Below, one piece after another: positions 19,754 to 28,351 of a DNA stretch of 64,000 bases. Both the position numbers and the translations under genes were made by a program. The stretch is from an uncultured Gemmatimonadales bacterium (GTDB lineage: Bacteria; Gemmatimonadota; Gemmatimonadetes; Gemmatimonadales; GWC2-71-9), in contig CAVSLV010000001.1 of assembly GCA_963728915.1 (NCBI GenBank), positions 224,001 to 288,000 on the forward strand, in the 5' to 3' direction. Each line of letters begins with the position of its first letter. Within the stretch, counting starts at the first letter, position 1. The notes under the pieces are model-generated. The model did no database searches, had not been told where the DNA came from, and worked only from the letters and a program-made list of their open reading frames with translations.

Positions 19754-19770
19754 AGCAATCGATGTGCCAG
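19754..19770 (-). promoter_or_regulatory. Sigma-54 (-24/-12) promoter
   Basis: Minus strand CTGGCAC-ATCGA-TTGCT matches TGGCAC-N5-TTGC, pointing at the OlsB-like gene. Confidence 0.7.
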
Positions 19771-19783
19771 CCGGGGGGAAGGG

Positions 19784-19903
19784 TCAGGCGGACGCTCCCA
19801 GAAGCGAAACGGCGTGGACGCGACTCGTCTGCGCCCACACCGGTCCGCTCGAGACGGCAATGAAGAGTGCCGTCAGGGCCGCGATTCGACGATCCGGCTT
19901 CAT
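19784..19903 (-). CDS. 39-aa ORF with signal peptide (small secreted peptide or truncated gene)
   Basis: AGGAGG RBS; MKPDRRIAALTALFIAVSSGPVWA|QTSRVHAVSLLGASA. Confidence 0.4.
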   Translation of the reverse strand: MKPDRRIAALTALFIAVSSGPVWAQTSRVHAVSLLGASA

Positions 19904-20060
19904 GGCGAGACCCTCCTGAGGCCATGGGGAACCGGCCTCATGAGGTGAGACGGTCTCCGGGACCGTCGGCGCACAGGTCGATTTCGGCTGCCTTCTGGGT
20001 AGTTTTCGCGAGTTCCTCGACCATGCACATCCGCGTTCTTTCGCTCTCAGGAGTCCCGAC

Positions 20061-22565
20061 ATGGTTCGCCCGCGTCTCCCGTTGGTCCTGTGGTCCGCCT
20101 CGATCCTCGTCCTCGGCGCCGCCCCGCTTCGGGCTCAGGCGCCGGCCCTCGCCGAGAAAACCCGCGGGCTCGCTCGCCATGACGGGTTCATCCCGTTCTA
20201 CTGGGATTCGGCCACCGGGAAACTCTGGCTCGAGATTCCCCGGGCCCGGATCGGTCCGGAGCTGCTCTACATCACCGGCGCGAGCACCGGGTTAGGCTCG
20301 AACGACATCGGGCTGGACCGCGGCCAGATCGATCAGGAGCGGGTGGTGAGCTTTCGCCGGTTCGGCAACAAGCTCCTCATGATTCAGCCCAACTACGACT
20401 TCCGCAGCAGCGATACCGCGGCGGCGGTGCGACGGGCGGTCGAGGAATCGTTCGCGACCTCGACCCTGTGGGGCTTCCGGATCGAGGCGGAGAGCGACGG
20501 CGCGGTGCTGGTGGACGGAACCGAGTTTGCCCTGCGCGACGTGCACGATGCGATTGGCACGCTGGCCCGGGCCCGCCAGGGCACCTACCGGCTCGACCTC
20601 TCGCGGAGCGCCATCTATCCGGAGAACACCAAGGCGTTCCCCCGCAACACCGAGATCGAAACCGTGCTGACCTTGACCGGAGAGAATCCCGGCGGCTGGG
20701 TCCGCGACATCGCGCCGTCGCCCGAGGCGCTGACCCTGCGGGAGCGAATCTCCTTCGTGGCCCTGCCGGACGCCGGGTATACGCCGCGCCGGTACGATCC
20801 CCGGGCCGGGTTCTTCAGCATCGGGTATGTGGATGAGACGGCGCCGCTCGGGTCCCCCATGACCCAGCAGTTCATCGCCCGCCACCGGCTCCAGAAGCGG
20901 GATCCCCGCGCCGCGGTGAGCGAGCCGGTCCAGCCCATCGTGTACTACCTCGATCGCGGCGCACCGGAGCCGATTCGCTCCGCCCTGCTCGAGGGGGCCC
21001 GGTGGTGGAACCAGGCATTCGAGGCCGCGGGATTCCGTAACGCGTTCCGGGTCGAGCTCATGCCCGAAGGGGCCGACCCCATGGACGTGCGATATAACGT
21101 GATTCAGTGGGTGCACCGGTACACCCGGGGATGGAGTTACGGCAATAGCGTCACCGATCCGCGCACCGGCGAAATCATCAAGGGCCACGTGACCCTGGGG
21201 TCGCTCCGGGTCCGGCAGGATTACCTGATCGCGGAGGGGCTGCTGAATCCGTATGTCCGGGGGGACGAGCGCTCCCAGGCCGCTGAAGCGATGGCGCTGG
21301 CCCGGCTTCGCCAGCTCGCCGCCCACGAGGTCGGGCACACCCTGGGCCTCCAGCACAACTACATCGCGAGCGCGGAGAACCGGGCCTCGGTGATGGACTA
21401 TCCCCATCCTCTGGTCAAGCTGGCCGCCAACGGGCAGATCGATTTATCCGACGCCTACGCCGTGGGCATCGGGGAGTGGGACAAGATCGCGATCCAGTAC
21501 GGCTATTCGGACTTCCCGCCCGGCACCGATCCGGCTCCGGCGCTGGATCGGATCCTCCGCGACGGGAGAGCGCGGGGCATCACCTTTCTCACCGACCAGG
21601 ATGCCCGCCCGCTGGGAAGCGCCCACCCCCAGACCCACCTGTGGGACAACGGGGTGGATGCGACTCGCGAGCTCGAGCGGGTGATGCAGGTGCGCCGGGT
21701 GGCTCTCGATCGGTTCGGCGAAGCGGCCATTCGCGCGGGGCAGCCGCTCGCCCTGCTGGAGGAGGCCCTGGTTCCCCTGTATCTCCACCATCGCTATCAG
21801 GTGGAAGCCGCGGTGAAGGACATCGGCGGCCAGTATTACACCAACGCGCTCCGGGGCGACGGCCAGGAGCCGCTCCATCCGGTTCCCCCCGCCGAACAGC
21901 GCCGGGCCCTTGCGGCGGTGCTCGCGACGCTGCGGCCGTCGGAGCTGGTGTTTCCCCGCGCCCTGCTGGCCCGGATCCCGCCCCGGCCGGTGGGATTCCC
22001 GGAGCACCGCGAGCTGTTCGACAAGACCACCGATCCGGTCTTCGACGCGATCGCGCCGGCCGGGGCGGCCGCGGACATGGTGATGCAGCTCCTGTTCAAC
22101 GGCGAGCGGGCCGCCCGGCTGGTGCAGCAGCACGCGCTCGACCCGGCCCAGCCCGGGCTGGCCGAGGTGATCGACAGCGCCCTGGCGGTCGGGATGTCCC
22201 GCTCCGACGATTCCTACGAGGCCGCGGTGGGGCGGGAGGTGCAGCGGGTTATGGTGGACCGCCTGATGGGGCTGGCGCAGGGGGCCCGGAACCCGGAGGC
22301 GCGGGCGATCGCGCTGCTCAAGCTCCGGGAGTTCGCCGCGACCCTTCCGGCTCCCAGCCCGGCCCAGCTGGCCGGCGCCGCCGAGGGCACCGCCCACGCG
22401 CTCGCGATGGGCGAGGACATCCGGCGATTCCTGGAACGGCCCTGGGACCCCCAGGCTTTGCCCAAGCCGTTCACGTCGCCGCCGGGGATGCCGATCGGAG
22501 ACGAGCCGGAGTGGCCGGATATAGTCGGAGGGGTCGGAGTGGTCGGAGTGGTCAGAGGGCCCTGA
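20061..22565 (+). CDS. Secreted zinc metalloprotease (DUF5117/DUF4953 met-zincin)
   Basis: Signal peptide, HEVGHTLGLQH zinc motif, SVMDY Met-turn, DPRTGEIIKG. Confidence 0.9.
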   Translation: MVRPRLPLVLWSASILVLGAAPLRAQAPALAEKTRGLARHDGFIPFYWDSATGKLWLEIPRARIGPELLYITGASTGLGSNDIGLDRGQIDQERVVSFRRFGNKLLMIQPNYDFRSSDTAAAVRRAVEESFATSTLWGFRIEAESDGAVLVDGTEFALRDVHDAIGTLARARQGTYRLDLSRSAIYPENTKAFPRNTEIETVLTLTGENPGGWVRDIAPSPEALTLRERISFVALPDAGYTPRRYDPRAGFFSIGYVDETAPLGSPMTQQFIARHRLQKRDPRAAVSEPVQPIVYYLDRGAPEPIRSALLEGARWWNQAFEAAGFRNAFRVELMPEGADPMDVRYNVIQWVHRYTRGWSYGNSVTDPRTGEIIKGHVTLGSLRVRQDYLIAEGLLNPYVRGDERSQAAEAMALARLRQLAAHEVGHTLGLQHNYIASAENRASVMDYPHPLVKLAANGQIDLSDAYAVGIGEWDKIAIQYGYSDFPPGTDPAPALDRILRDGRARGITFLTDQDARPLGSAHPQTHLWDNGVDATRELERVMQVRRVALDRFGEAAIRAGQPLALLEEALVPLYLHHRYQVEAAVKDIGGQYYTNALRGDGQEPLHPVPPAEQRRALAAVLATLRPSELVFPRALLARIPPRPVGFPEHRELFDKTTDPVFDAIAPAGAAADMVMQLLFNGERAARLVQQHALDPAQPGLAEVIDSALAVGMSRSDDSYEAAVGREVQRVMVDRLMGLAQGARNPEARAIALLKLREFAATLPAPSPAQLAGAAEGTAHALAMGEDIRRFLERPWDPQALPKPFTSPPGMPIGDEPEWPDIVGGVGVVGVVRGP

Positions 22566-22585
22566 GGAGCCCGAGGAGCCGGGTC
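22523..22585 (+). repeat. Degenerate 9-bp tandem repeat (GGTCGGAGT-like)
   Basis: agtcggagg ggtcggagt ggtcggagt ggtcagagg gccctgagg agcccgagg agccgggtc. Confidence 0.6.
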
Positions 22586-22689
22586 ACCCGACGGGGGACC
22601 GAGTTCGCGTTAGACGAGATTCGGAAAGCGGTGGAATCCGCCAAGCGAACTCCGGAGCACCGTCGGTGACCCGGCCCTCGGGTTCCGCA

Positions 22690-22716
22690 GACCTCACTGA
22701 CCTCACTGACCTCACT
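22690..22716 (+). repeat. Perfect 9-bp tandem repeat x3 (GACCTCACT)
   Basis: gacctcact gacctcact gacctcact abutting the S9 peptidase stop. Confidence 0.85.
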
Positions 22717-25397
22717 TATTTGCCGCCTGCCGCCACGGATTTCGCTTTGGCTCCCGCCACGCCCGGGTATTTGACGTAGACGTCGAGCCAGGCGGTCCAT
22801 CGAGCCCATAGATCGAGGATGGTCGACTCGGTCGCCGGGCCGTGGTCTTCGTAGGGATACATGAACAGCGCGCCGATTTTCCCTTCGGAGCGAATCGCCT
22901 GCATCATCCGGATCGAGCTGATCGGGTTGGTGCCGACGTTCTGATCCTCGAGCCCGTGATACATCAACAGGGCCCCCTGCATCTTGTCGACGTAGAGCAT
23001 CGGCGACATATCGAGGTAGGTGCGCTGCCCGCTCCACAGATCGCGCCGCTCGCTCTGGAACCCGGTCGGCGTGAGGGTCCGGTTGTACATCCCGTCCCCG
23101 GCGATGCCGGCCCGGAAAAACGGGGTGTGCACCAGCGCATTGGCGGTGCTGAAGGCGCCGTAGCTGTGCCCCCCGATCGCGAGCCGGGTCCGGTCGATGA
23201 AGCCCTCGCGATCGAGCTCCTCGATGACGGCATAGAGGTTCATGCGAAGGTCCGAGACGTAATTGTCGTTCATCCGCCCGGTCTCCCCGACGATCGGCGG
23301 ATCGAAGTTGGCCACCGCGTACCCCTGGGTCGCCAGGAATTCGATGGTGCGGGGGGTCGACGGGACGAACCGCTTCACATTCTCGGTCCGGAGGGTCCGG
23401 TCATAACCCGCCTGATCGGTGTACTCATAGGGATAGAGCCACAGCATCCCGGGCAGCCGGGTCCCGGGCCGGTAATCCGCCGGCAGGGTCAGCCGGACCA
23501 CGAAATGGATCCCGTCCGCCCGGGTGACCAGGATCCGCTTCCGCTGGAGCGCGGTGAATTCCGGCGTCGGATCGGTGTCATCGGTCAGCTTCGCCAGGGC
23601 CCCCGAGGCGAGCTCGCGCCGGAAGGCATTGGGGACCTCGGTGGGACTCTCGCGCACCACCACCGCCACGTGGAGATCGTCGTCGAGCGGGGCGGCAAAG
23701 GATTCCGACCCGTCGGCCGGCCCTTCGTAGACCCGGGTCTTCGCCCCGGTCCGGATCCCCACCTTGTCCACGAACCCGCGGGGGCTGTGTTCGAGGTAGT
23801 CGGGGTCGTACCGGGTGCCGGAGAGGTAGACCGCGCTATCCGACGAGATGAGGGCCACGACCCCGGCGCCGCCCCGCCGGGTGAGCAGGGCTCCCGGGTT
23901 ATGATAGAACGCCGAATCGCTCGGCCCACCCCGTCCGCCGCCGCCTCCGAACCCCCCGAAACCGCCCCGGCCCGAAATCGTCGGGGTGTAGTTGCGCTGC
24001 CGGACGATGGTGTGACGCACGGTCGGGGCGGAGAGGTCCACCGCGAAGATCTCCCCCTGGCCCTGACGGGACGCGGCGAAGAAGGCCAGCTTGCCGTCCT
24101 CGCTCAGCACCACCTGGGAGATCGGACCGTCTCCCCGGAACAACACGGTGGTGTCCGCGGCGCCGAACGGTGGCGACCACCGCACCAGCCGGTCGGGGCG
24201 GGCATTGGCGCCGCCGAATCCGCCGGGCCGGCCAGTGCCGGTCGAATCCCCGGCACCATTTCGGCCCGCGGACTCGAGGTAGTAGAGGCCTTCGCCAGCC
24301 GGCATCCAGGCCAGCCCTCGCTTGCTGCCTTCGGCTCGCTGGGGTCCCGGCGTATCGGAGGTGTCGGGCGCCTCGCGAAGGGGCCGCTTGTTGATCTCGG
24401 CGAGGACCCGGCCGGTGGCATCCCAGACTTCGTCCGTCTGCCCGAAATTCTGGTATTGCACCACATAGGAAAACGGTTTCTGCATCGTGGTGACCCGGAA
24501 GTACTTCCCGTCGGGGGAGGGGTCCACGTTGAGGATCATCGCGGGAGCACCGATCCGGCGGAGGGCCCGGGTCTTGAGGTCGATGACCGCGAGCTGTCCG
24601 GTGGTGTAGTACTCCATCAGGGTCTGATCGAAGGGCTCGTCGAGCAGGCTGGCAAAGTTGCGCTGGGGTGACTTGGCGCTATCGGTCCAGAGCCGGACCA
24701 GCGGGCCCGTCGCGACGGCCGGCTTGACCGGCACGGGTCCGCGATTCGCCGGAACGACGACCACGGCCAGCGCGGCGCCTCCAGCGGTCCAGTCGAGCGA
24801 GGTGGCGAGGGTCGCCAGGAGGGGTGAGGAGGCCGGAGTGATCTGTCGCGCCGCCCCGGTCGCCACATCCGCCACGTAGGCATGGGAGGCGCTGGCGAAG
24901 TTCGCGATGAAGGCGATCTGTTTTCCGTCCGGCGACCACACCGGGCTGGTCACCCGCGCACCCGATGGGATGGCGATGGTCCGGGAAGCCCCGGTCATCG
25001 CATCGACGATGCGGAGCCGGGCCGCCCCGCGGGTGGTGAGCGCGCGCGCCCGATTGGCGGCGGGATCGACCTGGAGCCCGGCGAAATAGTAGTGCGGCTT
25101 GCCAAAGTCATTGACGGTCGGCATCCCTTCGCTCTCTTCCCGCAGGAAGTAGCGTCGATCCGGGCTCTGCTGTCCCAGCGACGCCGGCTGTCGGGGCGCG
25201 GTGATCAGTTTTACCAGCTCGGGAGCCGGCTTCACGTACTGGTCGGACGCCAGCCGGGCCAGGCTCGCCTGCACCTCTGCCGCCACCTCGGGCGAAGGGG
25301 CTTGCGCGTTGCCGGGGCGGAGGGTGCCAAGCAGGAGGACGAGGGTACCGAATCCGGTCACGGCGAGGTTACGGGCGCGGGATGCGATCGGGAACAT
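22716..25397 (-). CDS. Secreted S9 family serine peptidase
   Basis: Signal peptide, SPDG propeller repeats, GGHSYG nucleophile, HGLED and YPYEDHG; ATG 25397. Confidence 0.9.
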   Translation of the reverse strand: MFPIASRARNLAVTGFGTLVLLLGTLRPGNAQAPSPEVAAEVQASLARLASDQYVKPAPELVKLITAPRQPASLGQQSPDRRYFLREESEGMPTVNDFGKPHYYFAGLQVDPAANRARALTTRGAARLRIVDAMTGASRTIAIPSGARVTSPVWSPDGKQIAFIANFASASHAYVADVATGAARQITPASSPLLATLATSLDWTAGGAALAVVVVPANRGPVPVKPAVATGPLVRLWTDSAKSPQRNFASLLDEPFDQTLMEYYTTGQLAVIDLKTRALRRIGAPAMILNVDPSPDGKYFRVTTMQKPFSYVVQYQNFGQTDEVWDATGRVLAEINKRPLREAPDTSDTPGPQRAEGSKRGLAWMPAGEGLYYLESAGRNGAGDSTGTGRPGGFGGANARPDRLVRWSPPFGAADTTVLFRGDGPISQVVLSEDGKLAFFAASRQGQGEIFAVDLSAPTVRHTIVRQRNYTPTISGRGGFGGFGGGGGRGGPSDSAFYHNPGALLTRRGGAGVVALISSDSAVYLSGTRYDPDYLEHSPRGFVDKVGIRTGAKTRVYEGPADGSESFAAPLDDDLHVAVVVRESPTEVPNAFRRELASGALAKLTDDTDPTPEFTALQRKRILVTRADGIHFVVRLTLPADYRPGTRLPGMLWLYPYEYTDQAGYDRTLRTENVKRFVPSTPRTIEFLATQGYAVANFDPPIVGETGRMNDNYVSDLRMNLYAVIEELDREGFIDRTRLAIGGHSYGAFSTANALVHTPFFRAGIAGDGMYNRTLTPTGFQSERRDLWSGQRTYLDMSPMLYVDKMQGALLMYHGLEDQNVGTNPISSIRMMQAIRSEGKIGALFMYPYEDHGPATESTILDLWARWTAWLDVYVKYPGVAGAKAKSVAAGGK

Positions 25398-25514
25398 GGA
25401 TGACCTCTGGGAGAGCGAACGGTTCCAATGATACGCCGGAGAAACGCCGGTTGTTAAGTCTGTCCGCCCGGGCGACTTCTCGCTAGATTCCGGCGCCCAC
25501 AACAGGTTCTCCTG

Positions 25515-26957
25515 CTGACGATCCCGAATTTCATCGCGGGGCGCTGGGTGGCCTCCGACAGCGCCGACTCGTTGCCGATTCTGAACCCCGCGACCGGCGA
25601 CCTGCTGGGCCGGGTGCCGATCTCGCCTCCTCGCGAGGTCGCCGCGGCGATCGAGGCCGGCGCCGCGGCGTTCCCCGGCTGGCGGAACACTCCGGCGGTC
25701 GATCGCATCCAGGTCCTCTTCCGGTTCCGGAATCTGCTCGAGCAGCATCGGGACGAGCTGGCCCAAACGATGACCCGGGAGCACGGGAAGACGCTGGAGG
25801 AGTCCCGCGGGGAGCTGGCCCGGGCCATCGAGAGCGTGACCCACGCCTGCGCGATCCCGAGCCTCATGATGGGATCCACCCTCGAGAACATCGCCCCGGG
25901 CATCGATTGCGAGACGGTCCGGCAACCCCTCGGCGTGTTCGGGATCATCGCGCCCTACAATTTCCCGGTCATGATCCCGCTCTGGTTCTGGCCCTTCGCC
26001 ATCGCCACCGGCAACGCGGTCGTGCTCAAGCCCAGCGAGCGGGACCCCCTGACCCATCAGCGGGTGGTCGATCTGCTCATGGCGGCGGGGCTTCCCGCCG
26101 GCGTGCTCAACGTGGTCCATGGAGACCAACGGACCGTGTCCGCGCTGCTCGAACACCCGCAGGTCGTCGGGGTTTCCTTCGTGGGATCGAGCGATGTCGC
26201 CCGCCGGGTGTACGGGGCGGCGGCGGCGGCCGGCAAGCGGGTCCAGGCCCTGGGCGGTGCGAAGAACCACATCATCGTGCTGCCCGACGCCGATCCCGAG
26301 GCCGCGGCGAGTGCGATTCTCTCCTCGGTGTACGGCGCCACCGGGCAGCGCTGCCTCGCCGGGAGCATCATCGTCGGGGTGGGCGAGGCCTACCGGCCCA
26401 TGCGGGAGCGGATCCTCGATGGCGCCGCGGCGCTCCGGCTGGGAGACGGCCTCGAGCCCGGGGTCACCATGGGTCCCCTCATCTCGGCGGCGCACCGGGA
26501 CCGGGTCGCGGGTTATGTCACCGAAGGCGAGCGGGCCGGCGCCCGGCTGCTCCTCGACGGCCGCGCCGCCTCGGTGCCGGGCCTTCCCGCCGGCCACTGG
26601 TTCGGCCCGACCGTGTTCGAGGACGTCGCACCCGACATGAGCATCGGGAAAGAGGAAATCTTCGGACCGGTGGCCGGCCTCACCCGGGCCGATTCGCTCG
26701 ACGCGGCGATCGACCTGGTGCACCGGAACCGCTATGGCAATGCGATTTCCCTGTTTACCCGGAGCGGCGCCGCCGCGCGCGAGTTTCGCTACCGGGCCGG
26801 CATCAGTATGATTGGCGTCAATATCGGCGTCGTGGCCCCGATGGCGTTCTTTCCGTTCGGGGGATCCCGGGGGTCGTTCTATGGGGACCTCAAGGCCCAG
26901 GGCCACGACGCGGTCACCTTCTACACCGATCAGCGGGTGGTGATCTCCCGCTGGTAG
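25515..26957 (+). CDS. mmsA: CoA-acylating methylmalonate/malonate-semialdehyde dehydrogenase
   Basis: PYNFPVMIPLW, LKPSE, SFVGS, ALGGAKNH, GQRCLA and EEIFGP motifs. Conserved TIPNFIAGRW precedes the first GTG (25548), so the start is probably CTG 25512 or 25515. Confidence 0.9.
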   Translation: MTIPNFIAGRWVASDSADSLPILNPATGDLLGRVPISPPREVAAAIEAGAAAFPGWRNTPAVDRIQVLFRFRNLLEQHRDELAQTMTREHGKTLEESRGELARAIESVTHACAIPSLMMGSTLENIAPGIDCETVRQPLGVFGIIAPYNFPVMIPLWFWPFAIATGNAVVLKPSERDPLTHQRVVDLLMAAGLPAGVLNVVHGDQRTVSALLEHPQVVGVSFVGSSDVARRVYGAAAAAGKRVQALGGAKNHIIVLPDADPEAAASAILSSVYGATGQRCLAGSIIVGVGEAYRPMRERILDGAAALRLGDGLEPGVTMGPLISAAHRDRVAGYVTEGERAGARLLLDGRAASVPGLPAGHWFGPTVFEDVAPDMSIGKEEIFGPVAGLTRADSLDAAIDLVHRNRYGNAISLFTRSGAAAREFRYRAGISMIGVNIGVVAPMAFFPFGGSRGSFYGDLKAQGHDAVTFYTDQRVVISRW

Positions 26958-26980
26958 CATCCCGCATCCCGGAGCATCCC

Positions 26981-28282
26981 ATGACCACGAACATCGATCT
27001 CGCCGGCACGGTCAAATCCACCTGGCAGGAACACATCGTTCCGGCCGCGATGCCGTACTACAAGGACCCGCTGGTGCTGGTCGAAGGCAACGGATCCTTC
27101 GTCACCGATGCCGACGGTCGCGAGTACCTCGATTTCTTCTGCGGGATTCTCACCACCGCAATCGGGCATTGTCACCCCGAAGTGGTCGAGCGGGTCCGGG
27201 ACCAGGTGGGCCGGCTGGGACACGTCTCCACGCTCTACCTCAATGAGCCCCAGGTCAGCGCGGCCAGACGCCTGGCCGGCCTCGCCCCCGGCCGGCTCAG
27301 CAAGACCTTCTTCACCAACAGCGGGACCGAGGCCGTCGAGACCGCGATCATGCTGGCCCGGATGGTTACCGGACGGGATGAGATCATCGCGCTCCGCTAC
27401 GGGTATTCGGGCCGCTCGGCGCTCGGCACCACGCTCACCGCGATGAGCGGGTGGACCCCGCTGGGGAGCAGTGCCTCCTGGGTCAAACACGCGCTGGCTC
27501 CCTATACCTATCGGTCGAGCTTCTCCGGTTCTCCCGAGGCGTGCGCCGAGTTTTTCGCCCGCGACGTGGAGGAGGTCATCCTCACCATGACCAGCGGGAA
27601 GCCCGCCGCGTTTTTCGCCGAGACCATTCAGGGCGCGGGCGGCTACATCGTGCCGCCGCCAGGCTACTTCCAGCGCGTCGCGGAGATCATCCGCAAGTAC
27701 GGCGGCCTGTTCATCTCCGATGAAGTGCAGGCCGGATTCGGGCGCACCGGCGACAAATGGTTCGGGATCGAGCATTGGGGGGTCGAGCCCGACATCATGG
27801 TCATGGCCAAGGCGGTCGCGAGCGGATTTCCGGTCGGGGCTACCATCACCCGGGACGACATCGCCGGGGCCTGGAAAGGAAAGACCATCTCCACGTTCGG
27901 GGGGAACCCGGTCTGCATGGCCGCCATGGACGCAACCCTCGATGTCATGGAACGGGAGAGTGTCCCGCAGCGGAGCAGCCGGCTCGGCGCAGTCCTGCGG
28001 GCCGGACTCGAGCGGCTGGCGGGGAAGCACTCCTGGATCGGGGAAGTCAGGGGAATGGGCCTCATGCAGGCTCTCGAGCTGGTCGAGGATCCCAAGTCCC
28101 GCGACCCGAGCCCCAAGAAGGCCGCCGCCCTGCTCGAAGCGGCCCGTGAGGAAGGCTTGCTGATTGGAACCGGGGGATTGTTCGGTCACGTCATACGCAT
28201 CGCGCCCCAGATGCTCATGACCGAAGCGGAGCTTACCGACGGGCTGGCGCGTCTGGAGCGCGCCTGCGCCAGGATTCGCTGA
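26981..28282 (+). CDS. Class III PLP aminotransferase (AGXT2/beta-alanine aminotransferase-like)
   Basis: YLDFFCGI, FFTNSGTEAVE, ISDEVQAGFGRTG, DIMVMAK and STFGGNP motifs. Confidence 0.9.
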   Translation: MTTNIDLAGTVKSTWQEHIVPAAMPYYKDPLVLVEGNGSFVTDADGREYLDFFCGILTTAIGHCHPEVVERVRDQVGRLGHVSTLYLNEPQVSAARRLAGLAPGRLSKTFFTNSGTEAVETAIMLARMVTGRDEIIALRYGYSGRSALGTTLTAMSGWTPLGSSASWVKHALAPYTYRSSFSGSPEACAEFFARDVEEVILTMTSGKPAAFFAETIQGAGGYIVPPPGYFQRVAEIIRKYGGLFISDEVQAGFGRTGDKWFGIEHWGVEPDIMVMAKAVASGFPVGATITRDDIAGAWKGKTISTFGGNPVCMAAMDATLDVMERESVPQRSSRLGAVLRAGLERLAGKHSWIGEVRGMGLMQALELVEDPKSRDPSPKKAAALLEAAREEGLLIGTGGLFGHVIRIAPQMLMTEAELTDGLARLERACARIR

Positions 28283-28351
28283 GGCCACGGTTCTCGTCAT
28301 AGCCTCCAGGGAGAGGCCGGGGCGGCCAGCCCTGCCGCCCGGTCGATAGGA

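Noticed and set aside
19938..20030. Small ORF MCMVEELAKTTQKAAEIDLCADGPGDRLTS
   Set aside because: No RBS or recognisable motif, and it lies in the upstream region of the metalloprotease gene.
22523..22716. Short repeats as a CRISPR array
   Set aside because: 9-bp tandem units with no spacers and no cas genes.
25398..26960. N-terminal 520 aa of the 1414-aa ORF 22716..26960
   Set aside because: Antisense shadow of mmsA; the peptidase begins with a signal peptide at ATG 25397.
25907..26980. Apparent N-terminal extensions on the aminotransferase, solA, fahA, pdxH, hpt, tamA and tamB in the ORF track
   Set aside because: Read-through into neighbouring genes' alternate frames; better starts with RBS or stop/start overlaps lie downstream.
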